64,000 nt of DNA from Mobula hypostoma (taxonomy: Eukaryota): assembly GCF_963921235.1 (NCBI RefSeq), contig NC_086097.1, forward strand, positions 64,978,001-65,042,000, in the 5' to 3' direction. The notes under the pieces are model-generated. The model had not been told where the DNA came from. It worked only from the letters and a program-made list of their open reading frames with translations, and searched no databases. Positions 39,088 to 51,268 of this stretch are shown here, in pieces. Both the position numbers and the translations under genes were made by a program. Positions within the stretch are counted from its first letter, which is position 1; each line of letters begins with the position of its first letter.

Positions 39088-39579
39088 CTGTGAAACATGC
39101 CATTGCTGAATATCACATGCACAATATATTTGTCTCTTCAAGAAGCAAATGGATGGTTTGTGACTATACAAAACTTTTGAAAACTTTGCACAATTACAAT
39201 TAAAAATTGCATTACTCACGACAGAGTTATTGAACAGCCTTTTCTGTTTTGCATCCTTCCTATTTTTGAGGGTGATTGGAACCAGCTGATGATAGCTCGC
39301 ATGAGTTAAAGCTGATCAGCACTAATTGTGCCTCTTAAGTTGCAGATATTCATTGGCACCTATCACCACTGAAGGTTATTTTAAAATTTGCGAAGTTTGT
39401 CTGTAGCCAAGAGTGAATACGGCCATGTGCAACTATGAGCCAGCTGACTTTGAAACAGCATCTTCCTATTGGCATAGTTGCAGTCACAGTAAGCAGTAGT
39501 AAGGCAGGCAAAAATGAATGTAAAGGAGCAGTAATGGGGTAGACAATGATGATTAGTCTTTCACTTAGTCTTCCTTCAA

Positions 39580-42500
39580 AATGGTGCTGGTGTACATTGT
39601 TGACTGTCTGTGGGCTGCAGGAAATTGTACCAGTTTTCCTCTTAAATATACTTCTTTTGAGTTACTTCCGCTGCAATCTGCAGCACGTACAGTAAATTTC
39701 CTCTTAACAATGGATTAAAAATTACATCAACGATCATCAGATCTCCCGATGGACGGTTAAATGTGGAGCAGTTAAGTGCGGTGCCTTTAAGGGCCAATGC
39801 AATGGCCCAAAACGCAGCAGGAGAGGTGGAAGTCAAACCAGGCTGAAGTACAAAGGGATGAGGCCTCCTCCACACAGCATCTTGCTGGCAAATGTGCAGT
39901 GACTGGAAAATAATATTGATGATCTCAGGGCAAGGCTGCTGTATCAGAAGCAGAGGAGGCTGATCTCAGTTGTTTGATGCATTGAGAATTGGTTACCAGT
40001 GAATACACCTGACAGAATACCCAACCAGAAAAGGTTTACAATTACAGTGTGGATCAAACCATGAACTCTGGTAAGAAAAAAGATGGTGGCATGTGCTTTT
40101 TAGTCAATTCTTGTTGGTGTGTGGACATTGGGGTTATGTCAACCTCTTGTTGCCCTGACTTAGAAGACCTGATGATTAAATGTAGACCATTTTATTTGCC
40201 TCAGGAGTTCTCATCTGATCCTGACCACATTTATGTACCATCAGTGGCCAATTATAAGCAAGCCATCTGAAACTGCACAATGTCATCTGCAGCCAAGAAA
40301 CAGCCCTTCCCAATGCATTTCAAATTATAGCTGGCAACTTTACCAGGCCTGTTTGAAGAAATCGCTATCCAATTATCACCAGCACATAACCTGTTGCACT
40401 GCTGCACTACGATACGGAATGCCTATCATTCCTTTCCGAGGACACATTTTGGCAAATTGGACCATCTGGCTGTACTCCTACTATCTGTGTCTTCTCCATG
40501 GATTGGCACCTTGTCACGGTGGAGAAGCTTGTGTGGTCCTGAGAGCTCAACAGCGATGTTGTCTGGAGCTATGCTCCTGGTAGGGTTACCCGTGGTGGTA
40601 AGGTCGAGGGTGAGGTCCCTGACAAAGACCTCAAGGGTGGAACAGGCAGACGAAGTTACTTCAAACTCAAAGCCTGTGAAGGCGGATGACGGCTGCAACA
40701 AATCCAACGGCCCCAATCGTCATGGTTTCCATGCCATTGGAATCAGTTGGTTGATTTGTGAAGTATTGTGTGCTTCTTGGAATGCAACATTAAGTACACG
40801 TTAAACAAATACACGCACAGGCGTCCTCGCTCTGTTTGGAATGAAGACTATCATCCTCGACCTCGAGGGATAGCCACGACGATGACTACCTGTGTGTGCC
40901 TAAAAACAAGGCTCCAGAGATCAAGACAACCAAGAGGTGGTTGCGGGAGGCTGAGGAACATTTACAAAATTGCCTTGAATCAGTGGACTGGGCTGCATAC
41001 AAGAGCTCATCTGAGGATCAGAATGACTACACCAGGGTCGTAACAGACTTTATTAATACAGCTGTAGATAAGTGTGTCCCCATTAAATCATTCAGGGTTT
41101 ACCCCAATCAGAAGCCCTGGATAAAGCATGAAATCTGGAACTTGCTGAGAACCAGATCAGAGGCATTCAAGTCTGAAGATCAAGAATACTACAAGAGGTG
41201 CAGGTATGATCTCTGGAAAGCCATCTTTCAAGCAAAGTGGAATTCCAGACAAGACTGGAATCAACGAGGGGTGTTCGACAGCTATGGCAAGGTTTGAATG
41301 CCAAAACCTCTTACAAAGTTAAATCTTGCAATATAGGGGACGGCAGAGCTTTGCTTCCAGATGAGCTCAATGCCTTCTCTGCTGGCTTTGAATCACCAGA
41401 ACAGGGAGGAACCATCACACGGCCCCATATCTCCCAATGATCCTTTGGTCTCTGTATCTGGAGATGATGTGTGGGCAGCTTTCAAGACATTGAATCCAAG
41501 GGAAGCATTCAGTCCGGACGGAGTACCTGGCCGAGTACTGAAGACCTGTGCTGACAAACTGGCTGGTGTGTTCACAGATATCTTCAACCTCTCTCCCGCA
41601 TTGTGTGGTATTCATTTCTACAAGCAGGCTTCAATTGTACTGGAGCATGGTGATCTGCCTCAATGAGTATTGCCCAGCCGCACTTACATCCACAGTGATG
41701 AAGCGTTTTGAGAGGCTGGTGTTGAAGCATATCGGCTCCTGTCTGAGTGACAACTTGGATCTGCTCCAATTTGCCTACCTAAGCCTCAGATCTACAGCAG
41801 ATACCATCTCATTGGCGCTTCATACATCTGGACAGCAAATCTGCATACATCAGGATGCACTTTATTGATTACAGCTCAGCATTTAACACCACTATCCCCT
41901 CAAAACTAATCAGAAAACTCCAAGACCTGGGCCTCAATATTCTCTTGTTCAACTGGATCCTGGACATCCTCACTTGCGACCCCATTTACTTCGGATTGGC
42001 AAAAGCATCTCCTCCACAATCTCCATCAGCACAGGAACACTACAGGGATGTGTATATAGCCACCAGCTCTACCCGCTTTACATCTATGACTGTGTGGCTA
42101 AGTACAGCTCCAACTCCATATACACGTTTGCTAATGATATGATTGTTGTGGGCTGTATCAAAGGTGGTGATGAATCAGCATACAGGAGGGAGATTTAAAA
42201 TTTGGCTGAATGGTGGAAAAACAACAATCCTTCACTCATTGTCAATAAGATCAAGGAGTTGTTCGTAGACTTCATGAGAGGGAAACCAGAGGTTCATGAG
42301 CCAGAGGATTAAAGGTGGACAGGGTCAGTAACTTTAAATTCCTGGGTGTCACTACCTCAGAGGACCTGTCCTGGACACATTGTAAAAATATTATTCAAGG
42401 AATGCACGAAAAGCACCTCTACTTCCTCGGGAGTCTGTGGAGTTTCAACATGTCATCAAAAACCTTGGCAAAACTCTATATATGTGTGATGGAAAGTGTG

Positions 42501-43035
42501 CTGACTGGCTGCGTAATGGCCCGTGCCTTTGAGCAGAAAATCCTAAAAAAGTTAGTGGATTCACCCTAGTACATCACGTGTAAAACCCTCTCAACCATTG
42601 AGCACATCTACATGAAACATTGCTGTAGAAAAGCTGCAATCATCATCAAAGATCCTCACCAGCCAGGCCATGCTCTTTTCACACTGCTGCCATCAGGTGG
42701 AAAGTACAGGCGCCTCAGGACTCACACCACCAGCTTCAAAAACAGTTACTCCTCAACCATCAGGCTCCTGAACAAAAGAAGATAACTACACTTATTCTAT
42801 TTCTGGTGTTCTCACAACCGATGGTCTCACTTTAAGGGCTCTTTACCGTGTTATTTCATGCTCTCATTATTTATTGCTATTTATTTATATTTGTATTTGC
42901 ACAGTTTGCTGTTCATTGATCCTGTTTACAGTTACTTTTCTATAGATTTGCTGAGTATGCCTGCAGGGAAAAGAATCTCAGGGTTGTGTGTGTACTCTAT
43001 GTACTCTGATAATAAATTTTACTTTGAACTTTGAC
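39580..43035 (+). mobile_element. near full-length Rex1/Babar LINE (APE + RT), decayed
   Basis: [61 protein letters not shown]; tail aataaattttactttgaactttga. Confidence 0.9.
40491..40884 (+). mobile_element. non-autonomous RTE (Expander/Rex3-like) derivative: 5' UTR plus short 3' tail
   Basis: ggcaccttgtcacggtggagaagcttg..ctggtagggttaccc..ctgacaaag resembles RTE 5' UTR; TSD actatctgtgt/actacctgtgt; (gac/gat) tail. Confidence 0.7.
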
Positions 43036-43069
43036 TGTGTGGTTTTGATTTTGATTGGATGTATAAATA

Positions 43070-43769
43070 TGTAAGGGGTTTCTTCTATTATGTGACTGCT
43101 AAGGCTAATAAAATGGCTTCTTTGTTATGTTAAAAATAAAATGGCTTCTCTGTGATGTTAACTGCTGAGACAGTGGTTATCTCTCTAGCAGTTTGTTTGG
43201 GTTATAATTACTGATAAAGAGAATTGTATTCATTTGCTACCCAATTGGGATAGATGGTATTCTTTCTTGTGTGCCTGTAAGCTATTGTTTTCGCGGGCTT
43301 TGGCGCAGAAGACATGGTGCTGTAAGCTGGGCGATGGAACGGACCCCAAGCGGGAATCCAAGGCCCAGGGTCTTCGGTGAGGAGAGGAGACGAGGACAGA
43401 CTCGTGTGGAGCGTCTGGTTGACCACCATGGTTAGTCCCAGGCGGCAGGCCGAGGAGGTCGGAGGGGATCAAATGGTGGAAAGAAGACTCCATTAATTGA
43501 GCCCCAACTGTTGTGCATGAGGTGGCTGAACTTTGATAAGTTTGGTGCCTTTTACTTTCCTTTTATATTGTATCTCTATTACATAGTTCCAAAAAGATCT
43601 ATAAAGTGTAATCATTTAATCGCATATGGGGTACTGTCTCTTAATTGGCATGATGGGGTACGTCACACAGCATCCAGACAAACTTGATTACAGAGTTTGG
43701 CGGGGTGGAAGGCTGTTCCCCCTAGACGGAAGTGAGCTGAGCGAGCCTGAGGCTTACCAGGGGGCTACA
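43070..43769 (+). mobile_element. solo LTR-like element (~700 bp)
   Basis: TGTAAG..CTACA termini, non-coding, inserted at the end of a Rex tail duplication. Confidence 0.6.
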
Positions 43770-44019
43770 TATTGATTTGCTGAGTATGCCTGCAGGAAAA
43801 TGGACCTCAGGGTTGTATGTGGTGACATCTATGTACTCTGATAATAATAAATTTTACTTTGAACTTTGACTATGTGGTTTTGGTTTTGATTGGATGTATA
43901 AATATTGTCAGGAGTGATGATTTGGTTGGATATTTTATTCATGAATTGTGATCAAGCAGACACTGAGATAATCAGCAAGAGAAGGAATGGTGGAATGAAG
44001 AATACTTGTTTCCCTTTAT

Positions 44020-44730
44020 TCACTTAATGAATGTGAACCTCATTGCAAGTCAGCAAATAAACGATCATCCCTAATTGACCTTGAGTACTGAGAGATGTCC
44101 TTTAGCAGCTGCAATGCCAGTGGTGAAGAGAGCCCTGTAGTGCTGTTTGACTGAGTTGCATCATGTTATTCCATCAGGATAGTGAGTGAACTTGAGGATG
44201 GATATTCTTCATGTTGTTACTCCCTTGTCCTTTTGGGTGATAGAGGTGATGGGTGATCCAATTGGTGTTGAAGAATCCTGCTGGGATGCTGCCATACATT
44301 ATGCAGTTGGTACACACTCCAGGCACAGTGCTCTAGGGAATTAGTGTGCTTGATGTGGTGCCATTCAAGAATGCCATTTTGTCCTGGGTGATATCAAGCT
44401 TCTTAAGAGCACTTCTCCCAGTAAGTAGAAAATATTCTTAAGTGTCGTTGAAGCAGCACTTACCGAGCAAGAGGAAAATAAAGGTCTTGACTGTTGTTGG
44501 AGCCATGCAGGCCATCGGAATGTCCTTCAGTGTTATTTGAGATGCACTCATCTAGTCAAGGATACTTTTGGGTCTTGTATGATCTTCATTCATAAAATCG
44601 AGTGGACGATATCATTGAGAGTTGTTGGACCTGCATACATTCAGGCAACTGAAGAACATTCTTGAGTGTTACTGGAACCGCACTCACTCAGACCGGAGAG
44701 TAATATTTCATAACATTCCTTACGTGCCCA
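44020..44730 (-). mobile_element. old CR1/L2-group LINE 3' part containing a degenerate ~45-50-bp tandem array (44395-44710)
   Basis: catccctaattgaccttgag and ccttgtccttttgggtgatagagg motifs; repeated cttgagtgttgttggagctgcactca-like unit. Confidence 0.55.
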
Positions 44731-44904
44731 CAGCTGCAGAAAGACATTGTACAACGAGGAGATATTTCATTCACCAGAAAATATACAAACATATTAACAC
44801 AAAATGTCGCCGTAGGAATCTGTTCCAAAGTTAACACACCCAAAACATGTAAAATTCGTAGAACGTTTAACAAGATAGAGGCTGTGAACCAATCACAAAC
44901 AATA

Positions 44905-45050
44905 GAAAATCTGCTGATGTTGGAAATCCAAGCAACACACACAAAATGCTGGAGGAACTCAGCAGGCCAGGCAGCATCTATAGAAAAGAGTAAACAGTCA
45001 ACATTTCAGGCCGAGACCCTTCAGCAGGATTGGAGAAAAATAACGAGAAG
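44905..45050 (-). mobile_element. Penelope-derived repeat with hammerhead-like motif
   Basis: reverse complement reads cctgctgaagggtctcggcctgaaatgttgactg..gatgctgcctggcctgctgagttcctccagc. Confidence 0.75.
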
Positions 45051-45472
45051 AAAGAGGCTGTGAAGTTATTTACCTTGGATGTAGAATCAGAAGGTAGGGT
45101 CATCATCTAAGGTCTGCTGTATTGGGTTGAGATTGAACCAAGTTTTTTCAATCAATGAATTGAGAATCTTTCCCGTCCTTAGTCCCAGGCAGTTGATCAA
45201 TGAGTACATTCAATACACATAAATTCTTTGTTCAATATATTTTTGAGTGCTAAGGGAATCAGGAGATATGAAGAAAGCTTTTAAAATTAATTGATTTGAA
45301 AATTCAGCTACAATCTTACCGACTGGTTAAATAAAAACATACTGTAGAATACAGAAGAGTACATCACAGGAACAAGCCATTTGGCCCGCAATGTCTGTGC
45401 CAATTATGATGCCAAGTTATACCAAACCTATACCTGCACGTGATCTATATCCCTGCATGCTCATAGAACATA

Positions 45473-45998
45473 CACTCAATGGCCAGTTCATTAGGTACCT
45501 CCTGCCACTAACAATATGTTCATGGTCTTCTGCAGTGGTAGCCTATCCAACTGCCAGGTTTGATAGTTGTACATTCAGAGATGGGTTTTTGCACACCACT
45601 GTTGTATTGCATGGTTATTTGAGTTCCTTTCATCTTCCTGTCAGCTTGAACCAGTCTGGCCATTCTCCTCTGACCTCTCTCATTAACAAAGCATTTTCAC
45701 CCACAGAACTGTCACTCAGTGTTTTTTTTCATACCAACTCTGTAAACACTACTGTGTGCAAAAATCCCAGGAGATCAGCAGTTTCTGAGATACTCATAAC
45801 ACCAGGTCTGGCACCAACAATCAGTCACGGTCAAGGTCATTTAGATCACATTTCTTCCCCATCCTGATGTTTGGCCTGAACAACAACTGAACCTCTTGAT
45901 GATATCTGCATGCTTTTATGCATTGAGTTGCTGGCACATGATTGGCTGATATTAAAGAGCAGGTACACAGGTGTATCTAATAAAGTGACCATTCAGTG
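45473..45998 (-). mobile_element. Tc1-derived non-autonomous element, same family as 6462-6996
   Basis: TA-cactcaatggccagttcattaggtac ... gtatctaataaagtgaccattcagtg-TA; same internal ISETADLLGF segment. Confidence 0.85.
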
Positions 45999-46000
45999 TA

Positions 46001-47500
46001 AAACAGAACAGTACAGTACAGGCCCTTCAGCCCATGATGTTGTGCTGACTCCAACCTACTCCAAGATCAATCCAACCAATCCATTTTTCTTTCATCCATG
46101 TGCCCATTTAAGAGTCCATTACACGTCCCTAACGAATCTGCCTCTATCACCACCTCTCACAGCGTAATCCATGCATCTACCACCCTGCCTGTCTGTCTAG
46201 GTACCATATCCGATGTGGACTTTAGTGACCATGGTTTTCCATATAGATCTATCCTTCATTTTTTGGATGACTTCCATTTCCTCGATGTGTAGCCACCTGG
46301 CTATCTACCACTCACTGCATTAAAAAAACCTGAACTCTCCTGAGTTCAGTCCCACAACTAATGAGGGCCAACACGCCATGCACCTTCTTAACCACTTCGC
46401 GAGTTCTGTGGGCATGAAGCCCAAGATTTCTCTGGTCCTCTACTTTGTTAAGAATCCTGCCATCAACTTTGTATTCTGTTTTCAAGTTTGACCTTTTAAA
46501 GTAAATTACTTCACACTTTTTCATATTGAACTCCATCTCGTACTTCTACACCCAGCTCTGCATCCTATTAATGTCCTGCTGTGAGTGTTGTTAGTGTGAT
46601 GCTATTACAGCTCAGGGCATTCCAGAGCTGGAATTCAATTCCAATGCCACATGTAAGGAGTTTGTACATTCTTGCCATGAACCACATGGGTTTCCTCCGG
46701 GTGCTCTGGTTTCCTCCCACAGTCCCAAGACATACCAGTTACTAGGATAATTGGTCATTGTAAATTGTCATGTGATTAGGCTAATATTAAATAGGTAGGT
46801 TGCTGGACTGTGCAGCTTGTTGGGCTAGAAGGGACTGCTCAGCATTGTATCTCTAAATAAATGAAACAAGTAAATAAATAAATAAAACTTCTACACTATC
46901 CACAACACAACCAACCTCCATGTCATTAGCAAACTTACTAACCCGCTCTTCCACTTCGTCATGTGTGAGTCTAAAAGGCTCTTGAACTCCACTGTCAGGT
47001 TTGCTTCCAATCCCATCCCAGGCCGCACATTCCAGGCATCCCGTTACTCGCTCTGGTAAAAAAAAACTTGCCCTGCACCTCTTTAAACTTGACCTCCTCC
47101 ATCCTTAAAGCCGAAGGCCCTGAGGAAGGGTCTCAGCCTGCAACAACGACTGTTTATTCTTTTCCATAGATGCCGCCTCTCCTCCAGCATTTTGCGTGTG
47201 TTGCTTTGGATTTCCAGCATCTGCAGATTTTCTCATATTTATGCTATGCACTTTAGTATTTTCTATCTGTGTCTCTTGTAAATTTATATACCTCTATCAA
47301 TTCTCCCCTCAGCTTCTGATGCTCCAGAGAGGAAAATGATCTAAGTTTACCCAAATTCGCCTTCTACTTAGTGCTTTCTAATCCAGATGGCATCCTGGAG
47401 AACCTCCTCTGCATCCCCTACGTTTTTTCTGTAAAGGGACGACTGGAGCTCCACACAATTACTGCAAGTGCAGTCTAAGCAGAGCTTTATACAGCTGCAG
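46001..47500 (-). mobile_element. cluster of CR1 fragments with nested V-SINE (46583-46886, +) and PLE repeat (47110-47240, +)
   Basis: MEFNMKKCEVIYF..VEDQRNLG; V-domain and hammerhead-like motifs. Confidence 0.7.
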
Positions 47501-48357
47501 GTGAAATAATATATTCATGTTTCTACTTGAAATATCTATACGTTGCAAATCTTATAGTAAATCCAAAATATTACTATTATTTGCCACACATTCTAGATGC
47601 TTTTAATTAGTTAGCAATTTTAACATGGCCAAAAATTCTGAGTTCTGCACTTTAGGCAGATATAACGTGTATTTTCTTTCTGTCACTTTTCTTGAATCAC
47701 TGAGCATGAGGCACAGTTTCATGAATACTATCCAATGCCTGGAGCATGGGGTTATTAAAGGACAGAAGGAGGCAATTGCATGTATCAATTGCACTTTCCA
47801 GTTACTTCTCCATGCCTGTTCCCTCCCCCGGCCAAGTTTTTCCTAATTTGTTTTGAAAGCCAGAGTTGGAATTGGCTTCCAAGATCCTTTCAGGCATTGA
47901 ACTCAAGAATGTAAGAACACAATTTGTTTTTAATTATTCTCAGGTCAATTCTAGTTCTTCTGCCAGGCACCATTTTCAGGATCTTTTAGTTCTTGATCCT
48001 TTTGCCAGTAGAAATACTTTCTCTTCATTCATTTTGGCTTGACCCTTCATTTAAAAAAATATATATTTCTATTATGTCAACACTTAAAATTTCTCCTCCG
48101 CTCTGAGGAAAGCAAACCCAGCTTCTGCTCAATAGTCTCTCAATAATTTCTGTACCTTTCCTAAGGCTGCTATTGCCTTCCTATCATGCGGAGGTTTTAG
48201 GAATCATCTTAAAATTAAAACTGTTAATTAGAAATCAAGGAAAACAACAGCTCCAGCAGTCCTTGGGAATACTACTGAACACCTTTGTTCCAGCCCTGCC
48301 TCTAAGCCAATGACTTATCCATTTCATTACTATCACTTTATCCTATGGGTTACAAAC

Positions 48358-48597
48358 TTATTGGTGCCCGCTATGAAAAGCCTTTCTCTTCAACCAACTC
48401 CATTGGCCTCGTTGTCCATCTGTGGAGTCGTGCCAGACACTGGTATCCCTAGTGTGAGCTTTGATCCGATGAACAAACAAACGGGCTGGAAGGAGTGATG
48501 CAATGAACAAAACGAAGCCCAATAGCAGCAGGAAAGAAAGTCCAGCTGCATCGCCATCTCTAATCCATGTGCAAATAAAATTCCTTCCTGCTGCTTG
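48358..48597 (-). other. exon-like open segment encoding a hydrophobic helix
   Basis: acceptor ttttattttgaag|; frame contains AAGLSFLLLLGFVLFIASLLPARLF; no clear donor. Confidence 0.25.
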
Positions 48598-48784
48598 CTT
48601 CAAAATAAAACGGTAACTAAACCTCAGATAGTCACTGTGTAAAATTGTGCAACAATGCTGATAAAATCTGCAACAAGACTGAACAAAAGTTAGCTAAAGC
48701 CTTATGTAGTTTCTGTTTTCTAACCAATTAACCTGGCTCACCCAGACGGGCTGAAATCATGTCTGTGTAAGAGGGACGTGTATT

Positions 48785-48935
48785 CAGAGGTTTCAAAGGT
48801 ACATTTAATGTCAGAGAAATGTATACAATATACATCCTGAAATGCTTTTTCTTCGCAACCATCCACGAACACGGAGTGCCCCAAAGAATGAATGACAGTT
48901 AAATGGTTAGAACCCCAAAGTCCCCCCCATTCTAA
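48785..48935 (-). mobile_element. Rex/Babar-type non-autonomous 3' tail fragment
   Basis: tatattgtatacatttctctgacattaaatgtacctttgaaacct on minus. Confidence 0.5.
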
Positions 48936-48999
48936 AGAAAGCAATACAGCTTCACATACTCCCACAAAAAGATGAAATTATGCCATATACCGGTGTGTG

Positions 49000-51050
49000 A
49001 TTAAAAGCAAAAATCCATACGCCGAGCGGCACAGAGAAATAACTTCGTCTTTGTATCGTAAAAGTAGCAAGAGAGCAATTATTCAAAGAAGTTGCTGGCC
49101 AGGTTCGTGCACATAACTTCTGGAACAAATCCTAATATGAGCATATAAACATATTAAATATATATAACATGAACATATAAATTATAATGTAAAAGCCGAG
49201 TCTCTCCAGCATTTGTGTGTGTTGCTAATATGAACATTCTTGAACACAAATACCCAGTCGATCACCGCTCTCGAAATGAAACCACCTGCAAATTTAATAA
49301 AACAGCGACGCCAACTGCTCGCTGTGAAAAGTCGCCCAGACTCTATAACAGCAAACTGCAGGTCGGCGGGACGCAAATCAGTTAGATGTTGTAAGCTGAG
49401 CTGCTGGCAATCACAGTTGGCGGGGAAGAGCAGAAAGTTACCTAATAAAGATTGAGGTAAATTTATTTCAGAAATACATCTAGCACGGATTTGGATCCGA
49501 ACTACACGATAACACGTAGGGGACTGTGCTGTCCTGAGATATTTTTGTGGCAAAAAATAACTGCAAACAATGACAAATATTTTAAGTACAGCAAAGGAAG
49601 AAATTGAGACACAATCATCTTGACAACTCAATGTCGCCCTCTTGTGGTCTGCTCTCCGAGACAAGTGGGAGAAAAGTCACTCATTCCCAAAGTGGCCGGT
49701 TGCATGACAACCGTACTATAAAATAATTCTGTAAGAATTTCCAGATTGCTACTACCTGATATAATTAGTTCCCTCGCGCGCTGCCTTACTCGAAATGGAG
49801 GTGGCCCAATTCCAGCTTATGCAACCACAAGAACCTGACCTTTACCCTATGGAGGCATTTTTTCCACCTCTGTTGTTCCATCCCGAATCCACTTTATGCA
49901 TGAATATGCCTGTTCCAAGAGAAAATGCCTAAAATTATTCCTAGATTTGAACCTGTGCGGTCCATTCACGTTAACGGAAAACTAACAAGAAAAGCTGTTG
50001 GATAAAATTTAAGTATTTGTTCAGTTCTGATGTTTGATACACAAATACAAATCTATGGAAGAGGTCACCTTGTAGTCCAACATTCTTGTGCGTTGTATGA
50101 AAAAAAAGCCTGAACAAAAATCGGGAATTTACTGCATGGATCGCGTAGTCTGCAATTTAGTTTTAGGATTCCCCTGTGCGTCTCCACAGGTCCCGCTGCA
50201 AGCACCGCACATCTGGGTGCCACTTCCGGGATTTTCATTCGCCATCTGCAGGCCACTCATGCAGGAACAGATTCCCAGCGTAGTGTGGAGCAAAACATCT
50301 GGATTATGAACACGCAGACTAGGCAACTCTGTACAGTACCTCATTAATCAATCCGACTGAAGCATTGGGAAATTAACGGTGCAAGGCCAGAGCATGGGAG
50401 TATAAATTATAAAGGTGAATTCAATGTTAAATCGGGCACAGAAAGTGAAGTAAAAATGTATGCGCGCCGGAGAAGAAAGGAACAAGGAAACACAATCTCA
50501 AAGAAAACAAGTATGGTGTTACGGAATAAGATTCTACATCATAATGATTAACTTGCAATACCAGATATATTCACTTGTATCTACCGAACACAAGTTAAAT
50601 GTATACCTGAAGTGACACGAATTTATTGTCTGTGGTCAGTTGACTTCCTGTCTGCCCCATTGCTCCATGCACTTGAATGGCAAGTGAGACAAGCTGATAT
50701 CACCTTTCATTGGCTAATGGCAAAAAACGCACCCAGATAACAATTTACTAATTCCAGCATTGAATCATTTCCCTGACCCGTTTCTATATAAGTAGCAATG
50801 GGTGCTACTCGTCAATTTTGGGGCTTTGACATTGCATCGGGAAGTACAATATTCTTGTCACATTGTGTCCATAAAGATGTGTAAGTTGAACGGTTTAAGT
50901 TATGGGAAATCAATTTATTCTCTTGCCCACAACATCCTCTTGACTCTTGTGGGAAACATGACGATCGAGTTTAAATCAGGATCCGATGAAATCATTGGCA
51001 GCCAATGACCTTGTAACGTTATATTGGTGGAATGAGAGTAAGATTCCAAT
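49000..51050. promoter_or_regulatory. TE-poor, CpG-retaining region (putative regulatory)
   Basis: CpG visibly more frequent than in flanks; no recognisable TE. Confidence 0.35.
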
Positions 51051-51084
51051 TAACCCACTCACCAAAGCCTCATAGGACCTTTCT

Positions 51085-51268
51085 GCAGGTCTGGAGAAAA
51101 AAAGACTGGACTCAGAGTTAGAAGGTGCGGGAGGGGTCTTGCTGAAGGGTCTCGGCCTGAAACGTCGACTGTACTCTTTTCGGTAGATGCTGCTTGGCCT
51201 GCTGAGTTTCTCCAGCATTTTATGTGTATTCCTTAGATTTCCAGCATCTGCAGATTTTCTCTTGTTTA
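51085..51268 (+). mobile_element. Penelope-derived repeat with inverted 5' piece and hammerhead-like motif
   Basis: gtcttgctgaagggtctcggcctgaaacgtcgactg, then gatgctgcttggcctgctgagtttctccagc. Confidence 0.75.

Noticed and set aside
44395..44710. CRISPR-like repeat-spacer array
   Set aside because: Units are contiguous, degenerate and LINE-derived; eukaryotic context, no cas genes
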